From a virus (taxonomy: Duplodnaviria; Caudoviricetes), in IMG/VR virus record IMGVR_UViG_3300046786_000293, positions 192,001 to 256,000 of that record: 64,000 nucleotides of DNA; one strand, given 5' to 3'. Position numbers and translations under genes: made by a program. Positions within the stretch are counted from its first letter, which is position 1; each line of letters starts with the position of its first letter. The notes below the pieces were generated by a model. That model ran no database searches, was not told the origin of the DNA, and saw only the letters and a program-made list of their open reading frames with translations. Positions 39,414 to 49,143 of the stretch are shown here, piece by piece.

Positions 39414-40550
39414 ATGTCAATTAAAATAAGTGAGTTAGATATAATAAGCGAGGTAGACTTAATAGATTATAGTTCTAGCGTCGTTTTCCCGCTGGTTGCT
39501 AACGTAACAGGCAATTTAGTTACCTACCAAACTAGCATATCTAATGTTAAGTCATATGTTACATCTGCAGATACTGTGTTCGCAGCTAACGTAACTGCCG
39601 CTAATTTAATTGCTAATACTGGCATTTACGGAACTATTCGAACACCAAACCAGAGTCAAATTACGAGTCTTGGAACGTTGACTGCGTTAACGCTTAGTGG
39701 TTCTCTAGTTGGAACTTCTGTTTCTGCCGCAATAATTGGAAACACAGGTGCCAATCTTGTTGGCACATTGGGTACAAATGCTCAACCTAATATTACCAGT
39801 ATAGGTACATTAACAAGTTTAACATTAAGTGGTACATTAACTGGAACTACAATTAATGCAGCTACTTTTGGAAACAGTGGGGCTACATACACTGGCAGTA
39901 ACTATACATCTACAGGAACTATTACTGGAAATGTAATTAATGCTGCGGTAATTGGCAATAGTAGTGCAACATTAACTGGCAACCTTAGTACTGGCACCCA
40001 GCCTAATATTACTAGTGTGGGAACATTAACCAGTTTAACAGTATCGGGCACTCTGACAACTACAAATATATTGCCAAGTGCAAACAATACAAGTAATATT
40101 GGAGACAGTACACATTGGTACAATACTATTTTTGCAACTAGTCAACAAGCATTGTATGCTGACTTGGCGGAAAAATACATATCAGATGCAGCTTACGAAC
40201 CAGGTACTGTTGTAGTATTTGGCGGATCTGCAGAAATTACAGTAACTGATAAAGTTGCAGACACAAGAGTAGCAGGTATAATTTCCACGGATCCTGCTTA
40301 TGTAATGAATGCAGGAATCGACGGACTGCTGGTTGCAATGCGCGGGCGTGTGCCATGCAAAGTAATTGGGCCAGTAGCCAAAGGCGATTTATTAGTAACT
40401 TCTCACAGAGAAGGTTACGCTATAAGCATTAATCAAAACCCAGATTGGGTAACAACACAGAATATTAATACAGGAATCAGTGTGTTTGCTAAAAGTTTAG
40501 AAAACAACGAAACAACAGGACCTATTATAATTGAGGCAGTCGTAGTTTAA
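39414..40550 (+). CDS. tail fibre-like protein with QPNITSVGTL repeats and a C-terminal intramolecular-chaperone-like domain
   Basis: Three (Q)PNITS.GTLTSLT.SG repeats and a C-terminal YADLAEKY..D..YEPGTVV...GRVPCKV domain. Confidence 0.75.
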   Translation: MSIKISELDIISEVDLIDYSSSVVFPLVANVTGNLVTYQTSISNVKSYVTSADTVFAANVTAANLIANTGIYGTIRTPNQSQITSLGTLTALTLSGSLVGTSVSAAIIGNTGANLVGTLGTNAQPNITSIGTLTSLTLSGTLTGTTINAATFGNSGATYTGSNYTSTGTITGNVINAAVIGNSSATLTGNLSTGTQPNITSVGTLTSLTVSGTLTTTNILPSANNTSNIGDSTHWYNTIFATSQQALYADLAEKYISDAAYEPGTVVVFGGSAEITVTDKVADTRVAGIISTDPAYVMNAGIDGLLVAMRGRVPCKVIGPVAKGDLLVTSHREGYAISINQNPDWVTTQNINTGISVFAKSLENNETTGPIIIEAVVV

Positions 40551-40581
40551 AATGGACACAAAAAACGTGATAAATAACCAT

Positions 40582-40713
40582 ATGGATACTGAAAATAAAG
40601 ATTTGACGGAAAATAAAACTCCGCCAAACGAATCCACTGGGATTTATGTAAGAGGGTTTGTAAAAATTATCGACCCCGAGTCAGGTCAAGTCTACGTAGA
40701 AACTGCAAATTAA
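40582..40713 (+). CDS. 43-aa ORF resembling the N-terminus of the next gene
   Basis: Not in the track. MDTENKDLTENKTPPNESTGIYVRGFVKIIDPESGQVYVETAN*, preceded by ATAAATA at 40570-40576. Confidence 0.6.
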   Translation: MDTENKDLTENKTPPNESTGIYVRGFVKIIDPESGQVYVETAN

Positions 40714-40725
40714 TGGATATAACAC

Positions 40726-41319
40726 ATGTTTGATAAGAATAATTTAATGGTTCAAGGGCACATCAAAATTTATGACCCTGTTACAGGGGAAGTTTTTAGA
40801 GACAAACCTAATGCTATTCATTACGAAAATATGAGTGAAGCACTGGCTCAAAGTCTTGCCAACAAGGGTACAGGTTATATTCAATATATGGCATTCGGGA
40901 ACGGTGGAACCAGCGTTGATACCACTGGAGTTATTACCTACTTGCCACCTAATACATTCGGTCAAAATGCTAGTTTGTACAACCAAACTTATCAAAAAAT
41001 CGTAGATAACACTAGTGCTTTAAACGTAGACCCGAGTAGAAATTATATTCAAGTCAGACATACTCCCGGCACAATTTATACAGACGTATTTGTAAGTTGC
41101 TTATTAGATTATGCGGAACCCGCAGGACAGCAGGCTTTTGACAATAGTGCAACTATGCAAGGAACTTATGTTTTTGATGAATTGGGATTAATAAGCGAAA
41201 GCGGGAAATTACTAACTCATGTGATTTTTCACCCAGTTCAAAAAGCTCTTAACAGATTAATTCAAATTGATTATACTATAAGAATTCAAACTTTAACCAA
41301 TTTAAGTACCAACCTGTAA
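40726..41319 (+). CDS. virion structural protein (baseplate / fibre-attachment-like)
   Basis: GHIKIYDP...NAIHYEN, MAFGNGG and FDELGL...LLTHVIFHPVQK motifs; located in the fibre operon. Confidence 0.6.
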   Translation: MFDKNNLMVQGHIKIYDPVTGEVFRDKPNAIHYENMSEALAQSLANKGTGYIQYMAFGNGGTSVDTTGVITYLPPNTFGQNASLYNQTYQKIVDNTSALNVDPSRNYIQVRHTPGTIYTDVFVSCLLDYAEPAGQQAFDNSATMQGTYVFDELGLISESGKLLTHVIFHPVQKALNRLIQIDYTIRIQTLTNLSTNL

Positions 41320-41333
41320 GGGATAGTAACAGA

Positions 41334-41341
41334 TATAAATA
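41334..41341 (+). promoter_or_regulatory. T4-type late promoter TATAAATA
   Basis: Exact T4 late consensus, 20 nt upstream of the ATG at 41362. Confidence 0.75.
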
Positions 41342-41361
41342 TACTAAACGGATATTAGAAC

Positions 41362-42831
41362 ATGGCCTATACAATTACACTGACAAACGGTAACGTTTTA
41401 ACCACAATTTCGGACGGTACCGTAAATACGACCTCGACAACACTTACCTTAGTTGGTAAGAATTATGCAGGTTACGGCCAGTTCTTAAACAACGACTTAG
41501 TACATCTACTAGAAAACTATTCGAATGGTACTGCCCCTGCTAATCCTCTACGCGGTCAATTGTGGTGGGATACAGCAGGCAATTTAAAAGTTTGGACCGG
41601 TACTGCATTTAAAACATTAGGATCTATTACTAGTTCTGCATCTACTCCAACGGGCGGGGTAACTGGCAATGGTTGGTGGGATACAACAAACGAGCAATTC
41701 AATGTTTATAACGGTAGCTCGTGGATTCTAGTAGGACCTGCTTTTAGTAGCAACGTAGGAACTAGCGGTGCGATTGTTGAAACAATTACCGACAGTAATG
41801 CATCTACACATTTTGCTACTTCTATCTATATTGCTAACGAGCGTGTAGCTTTATTCAGCAAAGATTCTGCTTATACCCCAAACGTTGCTATTTCGGGAAT
41901 CACTCAAGTAAAACCTGGACTGAATTTAGTAGGCAGTCCTGCTATTAGCGGGGCAAAATATTGGGGCACCGCACAGGATAGCGACTCTGTTGGCGGAATT
42001 AGTTCGACTGTTCTTGCAAGAACAGACGTTGCTGAAGTTTTTGATAACACAGTTACAGCCAACTTAGGTCTGTATGCCGGCACTGCTAGCAATGCTTCTA
42101 TAACAACTAGCGGAACAGTCGTAAGAATTGATAATAATATTAATAATGCTAATATTGCTATTAGAGCAAATGTTGGCGGCGCATTGACAAATGCTTTGTT
42201 TGTAGACGGTTCAACCGGTTTGGTGACTGTGTCAGGAAATGCAACAGCAGCATTGGGTATCGCAACAAAAGCGTATGTTGATGCACAAGTAGGATCGGGA
42301 CCATTGCAACGAGATGGTTCGAATACTATCACAGGTACTATTACCCCTAACGCAAATGCTACAGTTAGTTTTGGTAGTTCATCTAATAGATTTGCTAACG
42401 TATGGGCAGTTACATTTCAGGGTACAGCATTACAAGCTGACTACGCTGACTTAGCAGAACGTTTTGAAGCAGATTCTTATTATGTTCCGGGTACAGTATT
42501 AGCATTAGGTGGTTCTGCCGAAGTCACACTAGAAGATGACGAACTAAGTGAAAATGTTTTTGGTGTAGTAAGTACAAAACCTGGATATATGATGAATTCC
42601 AGTGCCGGTACAAACGACACGCACCCTGCGGTGGCTGTCAGTGGACGAGTACCAGTTAGAGTAGTGGGCAAGATTCGTAAAGGCGATCGTTTAGTTAGTG
42701 CAGGAAACGGATTGGCACGTGCAGGGAAACGATCAGAAATTACATCATTTAATGTCATTGGCCGTAGCTTAGAAGATAAATTTGATGATGTCGAAAGCTC
42801 AATACTTGCCATAGTTAAACTAAATAGTTGA
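41362..42831 (+). CDS. tail fibre protein with C-terminal intramolecular-chaperone-like domain
   Basis: N-terminal LVGKNYAGYG..GQLWWD motifs and a C-terminal YADLAERF..GTV..GRVPVRV domain paralogous to that of 39414..40550. Confidence 0.75.
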   Translation: MAYTITLTNGNVLTTISDGTVNTTSTTLTLVGKNYAGYGQFLNNDLVHLLENYSNGTAPANPLRGQLWWDTAGNLKVWTGTAFKTLGSITSSASTPTGGVTGNGWWDTTNEQFNVYNGSSWILVGPAFSSNVGTSGAIVETITDSNASTHFATSIYIANERVALFSKDSAYTPNVAISGITQVKPGLNLVGSPAISGAKYWGTAQDSDSVGGISSTVLARTDVAEVFDNTVTANLGLYAGTASNASITTSGTVVRIDNNINNANIAIRANVGGALTNALFVDGSTGLVTVSGNATAALGIATKAYVDAQVGSGPLQRDGSNTITGTITPNANATVSFGSSSNRFANVWAVTFQGTALQADYADLAERFEADSYYVPGTVLALGGSAEVTLEDDELSENVFGVVSTKPGYMMNSSAGTNDTHPAVAVSGRVPVRVVGKIRKGDRLVSAGNGLARAGKRSEITSFNVIGRSLEDKFDDVESSILAIVKLNS

Positions 42832-42845
42832 TCGGGACAAAAAAT

Positions 42846-43778
42846 ATGACTTATGCATCGGGTGGATTAATTCAAGCAAGCGATTTTAACAATCTTGCGG
42901 GCGGTAGCGCAGGCGCCAATGTTAGTGGACAACTTAATTGTGTACTGGGAATTGGTAATCGAGATGTTGGTTATGGCCAAACTACAGTTAGTAACGTTGC
43001 TCAATATAATCGAATTTATGCCACTGATTGGGCTAGCCTTATTAATAAATTAAATTCTGTTCGCCAACATCAAACAGGATCTGGCACAGGAATTACAGCC
43101 CCCAGCACAGGTAATTTGATACAATATATAAGCACTTTAAGTAGTAGTATCACAAGTGCCTATTCTAGTAGACTAAGTTATGCTAGTTCAGGTGCAACTA
43201 CCACAGGATCAGACTTTAATGTTTCTTTTCTTGGCGGTGCCGGGGTATCAAACTTTACTACTGTAACAAGAACTGTAACTTTCGGAACTGATCAAAACGC
43301 ACGTTACTTTTTTAATGCTGGCGGAAGATTAACACTTGTTGCATCTGCAACAAATAACAATGCAACTGCTAGAAGTACTAGTATGGTTACATTACTTGGC
43401 ACAAATTTTGGCAGCAAAAGCATGTATGCAATTACATACGGTAGTAGATCGGGCTCAGGCGGCACTGTAAATCTCGACACAACTACGGGTTCTACTGCCG
43501 GATATTACGGAGCCTCGTCGAGCCCGACATACACTAATCATTGTCTAATTTCTCCTAGCGGCTATTATAGTAGCGACCAACTCGAATATTCTACAGCTAC
43601 CAACTTTGTCGGGCCTTCTCAATACGATGCTAACGGCAACGTTATATATCTAAAATTATATTTGTTTAGCCAAGCAGATGCCGATGCACTCGATGTGACA
43701 GTGACCACAAGAGTCGATATTACACCCCCAGAAACAACATACTTGAGTAACACTTGGGGTAGCATTACTGTAAGTTAA
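42846..43778 (+). CDS. short fibre/whisker-like virion protein, paralog 1 (likely start MTYASGG at 42846)
   Basis: Ser/Thr/Gly-rich; ARYFFNAGG motif and C-terminal WG shared with the next gene. Confidence 0.65.
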   Translation: MTYASGGLIQASDFNNLAGGSAGANVSGQLNCVLGIGNRDVGYGQTTVSNVAQYNRIYATDWASLINKLNSVRQHQTGSGTGITAPSTGNLIQYISTLSSSITSAYSSRLSYASSGATTTGSDFNVSFLGGAGVSNFTTVTRTVTFGTDQNARYFFNAGGRLTLVASATNNNATARSTSMVTLLGTNFGSKSMYAITYGSRSGSGGTVNLDTTTGSTAGYYGASSSPTYTNHCLISPSGYYSSDQLEYSTATNFVGPSQYDANGNVIYLKLYLFSQADADALDVTVTTRVDITPPETTYLSNTWGSITVS

Positions 43779-43802
43779 TTCTTTAAAAGTAATAAGTATA
43801 GT

Positions 43803-44732
43803 ATGACTTATTCATCAGGCGGATTAATTCAAGCAGCAGATTTTAACGGATTTGCAGGGACAACCCAAGTTGGATCCGCAGCCACGATAAATCAAATTTG
43901 GGGCATTGGTACTGGTAATTGCGGATACGGACAATCGCCGATTGCAACAGTAAGTGCAGGCGGAACAGTCGCAGCAACAAACTGGGCATCATTGATTAAT
44001 ACCCTTAATATTATAAGGAACCATCAGACTGGTTCAGGCTCGGGCATTAGTGCGCCAAGTGCAGGCAGTACAGTTACCTATTTGAGTACTCTGAGTACTC
44101 AAATTAGTTCCGCTTACACTGCCAGAAACAGTTATGCTACCACCGGGCTAGATATTACCAGTACAAAAACTTTAACTATGAATGCAACAGCAAGTGTTGC
44201 ATCTTCTGCCTCGGCAACCTGGACAGTGACTTTTGGAAGTGTTGATCAGGCTAGATACTTTTTTAATGCCGGCGGCCATATATTCATCTATTATGGTACA
44301 TTTACCAACATTGGCGCTACTGCTAGAGGTACAAGTATTAATACATTATGTCAAACAAACTACCTGTACAAAGTTCTTTACGCTAACTCGATGAGTATAC
44401 GGCAAGGTTCCGGTGGTACTGTGGTGACAGACACTACTGGTACAGGATATTATACGCTACCTACAGGTGCAACGCAATATTTAAGAATCAATAGTACTAG
44501 TTACTATTCGGGCGATTATTGTTATCTAAACATTAACACCAACGGCGGCGCCGGTTCTTATGGTGCAAATGGTAATATAATAACAATAACTTTTGGAGCC
44601 TATAGTGCTACTACAGGATCGACCCAGCCGTCGGATGCAATTAATATAACTCAAAATATGATATGCTATGTCCGACGACCAGAAACCAGTACTGGTTTAA
44701 CTAGTAGTTGGGGTACTCCAACAATCGCTTGA
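43803..44732 (+). CDS. short fibre/whisker-like virion protein, paralog 2
   Basis: MTYSSGGLIQAADFN, ARYFFNAGG and PET...WG are shared with the preceding gene. Confidence 0.65.
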   Translation: MTYSSGGLIQAADFNGFAGTTQVGSAATINQIWGIGTGNCGYGQSPIATVSAGGTVAATNWASLINTLNIIRNHQTGSGSGISAPSAGSTVTYLSTLSTQISSAYTARNSYATTGLDITSTKTLTMNATASVASSASATWTVTFGSVDQARYFFNAGGHIFIYYGTFTNIGATARGTSINTLCQTNYLYKVLYANSMSIRQGSGGTVVTDTTGTGYYTLPTGATQYLRINSTSYYSGDYCYLNINTNGGAGSYGANGNIITITFGAYSATTGSTQPSDAINITQNMICYVRRPETSTGLTSSWGTPTIA

Positions 44733-44757
44733 CATTTCAATTAGTGTATAGTAATAT
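44729..44757 (+). promoter_or_regulatory. sigma70-like promoter (TTGACA-17-TAATAT) heading the modification cluster
   Basis: Perfect -35 box overlapping the upstream stop codon, with a 17-nt spacer. Confidence 0.65.
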
Positions 44758-44778
44758 ATACATTATTTTACTCATATT

Positions 44779-45093
44779 ATGTCAGACCTTGAAGAAATTG
44801 TAAACGAAGTCAAAAGAGCAACTGATTATCAAATCAACAAAAAGATGCTCAAAGAACGAATTCTAACCGAATTGCATTTGCCTTATAATAACGGATTGTT
44901 TAAAATTACACCAGAATTATTGGCTTTTGCAGCAACATGGCCCACTGAAGTGTTTTATCTTGAAGATGTTTATCAAAATCCAATTGAAATCGATAAACAA
45001 GTATTTTTAGTTAAAGCACAACAGCACTATCAAAGCGTAATGAACAACTGGCACGATCAACACAATGAACTCAAACGTATACGAAAAATCTAA
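44779..45093 (+). CDS. hypothetical protein
   Basis: 104-aa ORF, first gene of the cluster; overlaps the next gene. Confidence 0.6.
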   Translation: MSDLEEIVNEVKRATDYQINKKMLKERILTELHLPYNNGLFKITPELLAFAATWPTEVFYLEDVYQNPIEIDKQVFLVKAQQHYQSVMNNWHDQHNELKRIRKI

Positions 45094-45889
45094 AGGTGTT
45101 CTGCTTTTCGCATTTAATAGTGCCAGAGTTAATTATGTTAACATTGCAGATCAAACTAGTCAACTAATAGAAAAGCATTTAAAACTACCAATTACGTTGG
45201 TGACCGATCATGATGCAGAACCGAAATTTAATTATGATCGTATTATTAGAGCATCGTCAAAATCTGGCAATACTCGCAATGATCGAGAAAACAATCAATA
45301 TGAGTGGAAAAATTTAGATAGATATATGGCTTACGAATTAAGTCCATATGATACTACTTTATTGTGCGATGTAGATTATGCAGTATTTGATACAAGTCTC
45401 TTAAAATTATTTGATCAAGACTATGACTATAAGTTGATGTATCATACACAAACGCCTAAGGAATTTAATAATGATGAAATGGGCCCAGTTAGTTTACCAA
45501 TGGTTTGGGCTACTGTAGTTATTTTTAAAAAGACCAATCGCGCAAAAATATTTTTCGACTTAATTGGTCGTATTCAACGTAATTATAATTACTATAGGTT
45601 GTTATTTAAAATTAGAGATGGCAATTATCGAAATGATTTTGCATTTAGCATGGCTAATATTATTTCTAACGGATATACGATTCCGGAAGAAAATAATATT
45701 CCTTGGACAATGACTACCATAGATAAAAATATAGATACTGCCGAATTGAAAAATAACTTTATAGTTATAAAATATAAAGATACTACAACAGCAGATGTAT
45801 TATCAAAACAAAATTTACATATAATGGATAAAAATTTTCTAGTTAGTGAACAGTTTAAATCTATAGTAGATAAGGTTTGCAATGAGTAA
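45065..45889 (+). CDS. glycosyltransferase-like protein (GT-A fold)
   Basis: KGVLLFAFN, SPYDTTLLCDVDY (DxD), WATVVIF and RNDFAFS motifs. Confidence 0.65.
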   Translation: MNSNVYEKSKGVLLFAFNSARVNYVNIADQTSQLIEKHLKLPITLVTDHDAEPKFNYDRIIRASSKSGNTRNDRENNQYEWKNLDRYMAYELSPYDTTLLCDVDYAVFDTSLLKLFDQDYDYKLMYHTQTPKEFNNDEMGPVSLPMVWATVVIFKKTNRAKIFFDLIGRIQRNYNYYRLLFKIRDGNYRNDFAFSMANIISNGYTIPEENNIPWTMTTIDKNIDTAELKNNFIVIKYKDTTTADVLSKQNLHIMDKNFLVSEQFKSIVDKVCNE

Positions 45890-46721
45890 AGGATTTTTAA
45901 CAATTGCACAAAACACTTCGGAAGTAGATTATCTACGACTTGCATACCTACAAGCATTAAATGTCAAATCCACTCATCCCGGTGCCAAATATGCAGTAAT
46001 TGTTGATCCTGCAACTGCTAAAACATTAACTAATAGAAATAAAAAAATATTTGATCATGTTCTTACATTTGACCAGGACAATAGTGAACACAGTGACTGG
46101 AAATTGGGCAACGAATATAAAGTATTTAAATTAAGTCCTTTTAAAGAAACTATTAAAGTTGAAAGTGATTTATTGTTTACTAGAAATATAGATCATTGGT
46201 TAACTGCATTCAGGTTACAACCCATTGTACTTAGTACAGGATGTAAAACATATAGACAAGAACTAGCAACATATAGAGGTTATAGAAAGTTCTTCGATGA
46301 TAATAATTTACCCGATATATACCAAGGTTTAATGTATTTCAAGTATAGCCAAATTGCTAGTTCATTTTTTCTAACTGCACAAAGGGTATATAGAAATTGG
46401 GAATATTTAAAAAATAATGTTCTTAAAAATTGTAGAGAGAGGGAACCTAGTACAGATGTATTATATGCAGTTACCGCACAGATATTCGGAGTAGAAAATT
46501 GTACATTACCGTCTATGGATTTTATAAATTTTGTACACCTTAAACCTGGAATTAATGGGTGGGGAAATACTAGCACGAGTTGGAGAGAAATTGTAAACTA
46601 CGAACAAGAAGGAGATATGATCAGAGTCTTTAATCTAAATCAGTATAATCCTGTACATTACTATGATAAATCATTTGCTACAGAGGAACTAATAGAATAT
46701 TATGAACAAAGAATCTCATGA
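45882..46721 (+). CDS. glycosyltransferase-like protein (GT-A fold), paralog of the preceding gene
   Basis: KGFLTIAQN, SPFKETIKVESDLLF and STDVLYA motifs parallel those of 45065..45889. Confidence 0.6.
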   Translation: MSKGFLTIAQNTSEVDYLRLAYLQALNVKSTHPGAKYAVIVDPATAKTLTNRNKKIFDHVLTFDQDNSEHSDWKLGNEYKVFKLSPFKETIKVESDLLFTRNIDHWLTAFRLQPIVLSTGCKTYRQELATYRGYRKFFDDNNLPDIYQGLMYFKYSQIASSFFLTAQRVYRNWEYLKNNVLKNCREREPSTDVLYAVTAQIFGVENCTLPSMDFINFVHLKPGINGWGNTSTSWREIVNYEQEGDMIRVFNLNQYNPVHYYDKSFATEELIEYYEQRIS

Positions 46722-47085
46722 CACTAATTGGCAAGCACTAATTGCCGCATTTGACACTGGCCTGATAAAACCAGTTAAAGAGTTAATTCGAGAATACCGA
46801 TTTTATTACGACGAAAATGGTAATATAACACAAACATCTGACTGTAATTGGAATCATCCAGAATCTGGCAATTATGTAGTTGTTGACGAAATAATATTTA
46901 AAGATTGGGGAAAATATAGAGTTCGTAACGGGCAAGCGGAATTAAAACCCACAGATCCAACCACCGAAGTTCAGTTAAAGAAAAGTGATTCGGGTTATCG
47001 AGTTGTAAAAAATAATCCGGCAATTCTATTAGAAGATAACGAAAACTTAGAAAATACAGAACATTATGACCGTAGAAATAGTTGA
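46702..47085 (+). CDS. hypothetical protein
   Basis: 127-aa ORF overlapping both neighbours. Confidence 0.6.
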   Translation: MNKESHDTNWQALIAAFDTGLIKPVKELIREYRFYYDENGNITQTSDCNWNHPESGNYVVVDEIIFKDWGKYRVRNGQAELKPTDPTTEVQLKKSDSGYRVVKNNPAILLEDNENLENTEHYDRRNS

Positions 47086-47983
47086 TGTTGCAAGTTTAGA
47101 TTGTATATTTTTAACTTATGACGAACCAAAAAAAGAGGAGTTTTGGATTAAAATTCAAAACATGGTTCCCTGGGCCCTACGTGTGGACGGCATCAAGGGA
47201 TCTGATGCGGCCCACAAAGCCGCAGCTGATGCATCGTCTACGGACCGCTTTGTCCTCATCGATGGGGATAACTTGCCCGATCCAGATTTTTTTAATCTCC
47301 AATTACGCTTGGACGATAGTAATCGTGACTGTGTGTTTAGGTGGAAAGCACGTAATCACATTAACGGACTAATGTACGGTAACGGTGGCATCAGTTGCTG
47401 GACTAAAGATTATGTCTACAATATGCGTACACATGAGGCTACTGACGGCCGCAACGAAACTCTAGTAGAGTTTTGCTTTCACCCCAAATACATTCCCATG
47501 CACGATTGTTACAGCACGACGTATCCTAACGCAACCCCACAACAAGCATGGCGAGCAGGATTCCGCGAAGGGGTTAAGATGTGTCTTGATCGTGGGCGCC
47601 GACCGACACTACAAGAATTTGAGCAACAGGTACAGAAACGTAACTATGACCATTTGTGTATTTGGCAGAGTGTGGGTCGTGATGTGAACAACGGTGAGTG
47701 GGCAATCTACGGAGCAAGGTTAGGCACGTACTTAACCATGCTCACTGAGTGGGATTATACTGAAGTTCAAGACTTCGATAAGTTAAACAAAATTTGGGAA
47801 AATTTTGAACATGATGAACCACTAGGAATGACTGAACAATTAAAGAAAAGACTAGGATTACCTATTGTTGATTTAGATGCCAGTCAAAGTGCTTTCTTTA
47901 AACATCATTATACAAGAGCACATAAAAATCTAGGAACAACTATGACGGAAATGGATGTTATTAGGAAACTAGAAGGATGGTAA
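47066..47983 (+). CDS. glycosyltransferase family 2-like protein
   Basis: IFLTYDEP, GIKGSDAAHKAAA, FVLIDGDN (DxD), NGLMYGNGG and AWRAGFREGVK motifs. Confidence 0.65.
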   Translation: MTVEIVDVASLDCIFLTYDEPKKEEFWIKIQNMVPWALRVDGIKGSDAAHKAAADASSTDRFVLIDGDNLPDPDFFNLQLRLDDSNRDCVFRWKARNHINGLMYGNGGISCWTKDYVYNMRTHEATDGRNETLVEFCFHPKYIPMHDCYSTTYPNATPQQAWRAGFREGVKMCLDRGRRPTLQEFEQQVQKRNYDHLCIWQSVGRDVNNGEWAIYGARLGTYLTMLTEWDYTEVQDFDKLNKIWENFEHDEPLGMTEQLKKRLGLPIVDLDASQSAFFKHHYTRAHKNLGTTMTEMDVIRKLEGW

Positions 47984-48188
47984 AGTTATTGGTTAACGGA
48001 TGCAGTTTTAGTAGAGGACCTGGTTCTTGGCCGTATCAGTTACAGAATCTATTAGAGTTTGATCTTGTAAATCTTGCACAAGATTTGCAGAAGATGACAT
48101 ACATCCTGGAATTAATGCACATAAAGAATGGGCACAAGTTTTAAAAAGTCATATCATTCAAAATATCAAATTATATGAAAGTAGTTAA
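47977..48188 (+). pseudogene. internally deleted, frameshifted SGNH-hydrolase-like gene remnant
   Basis: The frame from ATG 47977 gives MVKLLVNGCSFSRGPGSWPYQLQNLLEFDLVNLAQ (block I). Another frame directly afterwards gives FAEDDIHPGINAHKEWAQVLKSH (block V, DxxHP). Confidence 0.7.
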
Positions 48189-49143
48189 TCTTCCTAATAT
48201 AGATTCTAAAATTTGGAATTTAGAACATAAAGTTTTAGATATAGTTTCCGCATTAATGACAGGAGATAATCTTGTCATCACTCTTAATAACGAAGGAGTA
48301 TGTGCAGAGTCTGTGGGTTTATATAAACTACTAGACGATATAAGTGAACGATTTCAAATTGATCCCAAGAAGATTTCAATTGAGACGGCAAATGCCATAG
48401 AAAAAAGCGACAAGTATAAAATCCTGCACTCTTCAATGGTACACTTGGCAAATCATAGACGTCTTCAATTTGAAAGCAATAAATCTTTTAATAAGGATTT
48501 AAAACATTTTGGTATTTTTATCGGAAGAAGTAATTGGAATAGATTATACCTTGCGGCAACAATTTTCAAAAACTTTAAAGAAAAATCCATTCTATCGTTT
48601 CATTATAACACAGATGTTAAAGATACTAACTGTGGATTCGATGCGCTTAGTTTTTTTATAGGAACAGATAATACAACAAAATTATGCAATGATTTATTAA
48701 GTCAATTTCCAATCAAACTAGATGTGGTTGATCAATATCCTATAGTAAATCCTGCATACTTTAATATTTTAAAAAAATACAACAACATTTTTTTAGATGT
48801 AGTTTGTGAAACCTACTTTACAGGTAATACATTTTTTCCAACTGAAAAAACTGTTAGGCCATTGGTATCATCTACGCCTTTTTTATTATTCGGACCAAAA
48901 CACTATCTGTCCAATTTGAAAAAATTAGGATTTAAAACATTTAGCGATTACTGGTCTGAAGATTATGATAACCATGATAAGTTATACAGGGTTCAGGAAA
49001 TAGAAAAGATATTAGTGCAGTTATCCGATAAGTCTATATCAGAGTTAGAAATCATGTATAATCATATGTTACCTATTCTGGAACACAACAAGAATCTGTT
49101 AACAGAAATAACAGAAAAGAAATTTTATGACCAATTTAAATAA
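48175..49143 (+). CDS. putative glycosyltransferase-like protein
   Basis: C-terminal FLDVVCET...FPTEKT.RP...PFLLFG....LKKLGFKTF.DYW.EDYD motif. Family assignment is inference. Confidence 0.5.
   Translation: MKVVNLPNIDSKIWNLEHKVLDIVSALMTGDNLVITLNNEGVCAESVGLYKLLDDISERFQIDPKKISIETANAIEKSDKYKILHSSMVHLANHRRLQFESNKSFNKDLKHFGIFIGRSNWNRLYLAATIFKNFKEKSILSFHYNTDVKDTNCGFDALSFFIGTDNTTKLCNDLLSQFPIKLDVVDQYPIVNPAYFNILKKYNNIFLDVVCETYFTGNTFFPTEKTVRPLVSSTPFLLFGPKHYLSNLKKLGFKTFSDYWSEDYDNHDKLYRVQEIEKILVQLSDKSISELEIMYNHMLPILEHNKNLLTEITEKKFYDQFK

Noticed and set aside
39414-44732. Diversity-generating retroelement acting on fibre genes
   Set aside because: No reverse transcriptase in the window and no near-identical TR/VR pair differing at adenines. 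The paralog similarity is older and diffuse.
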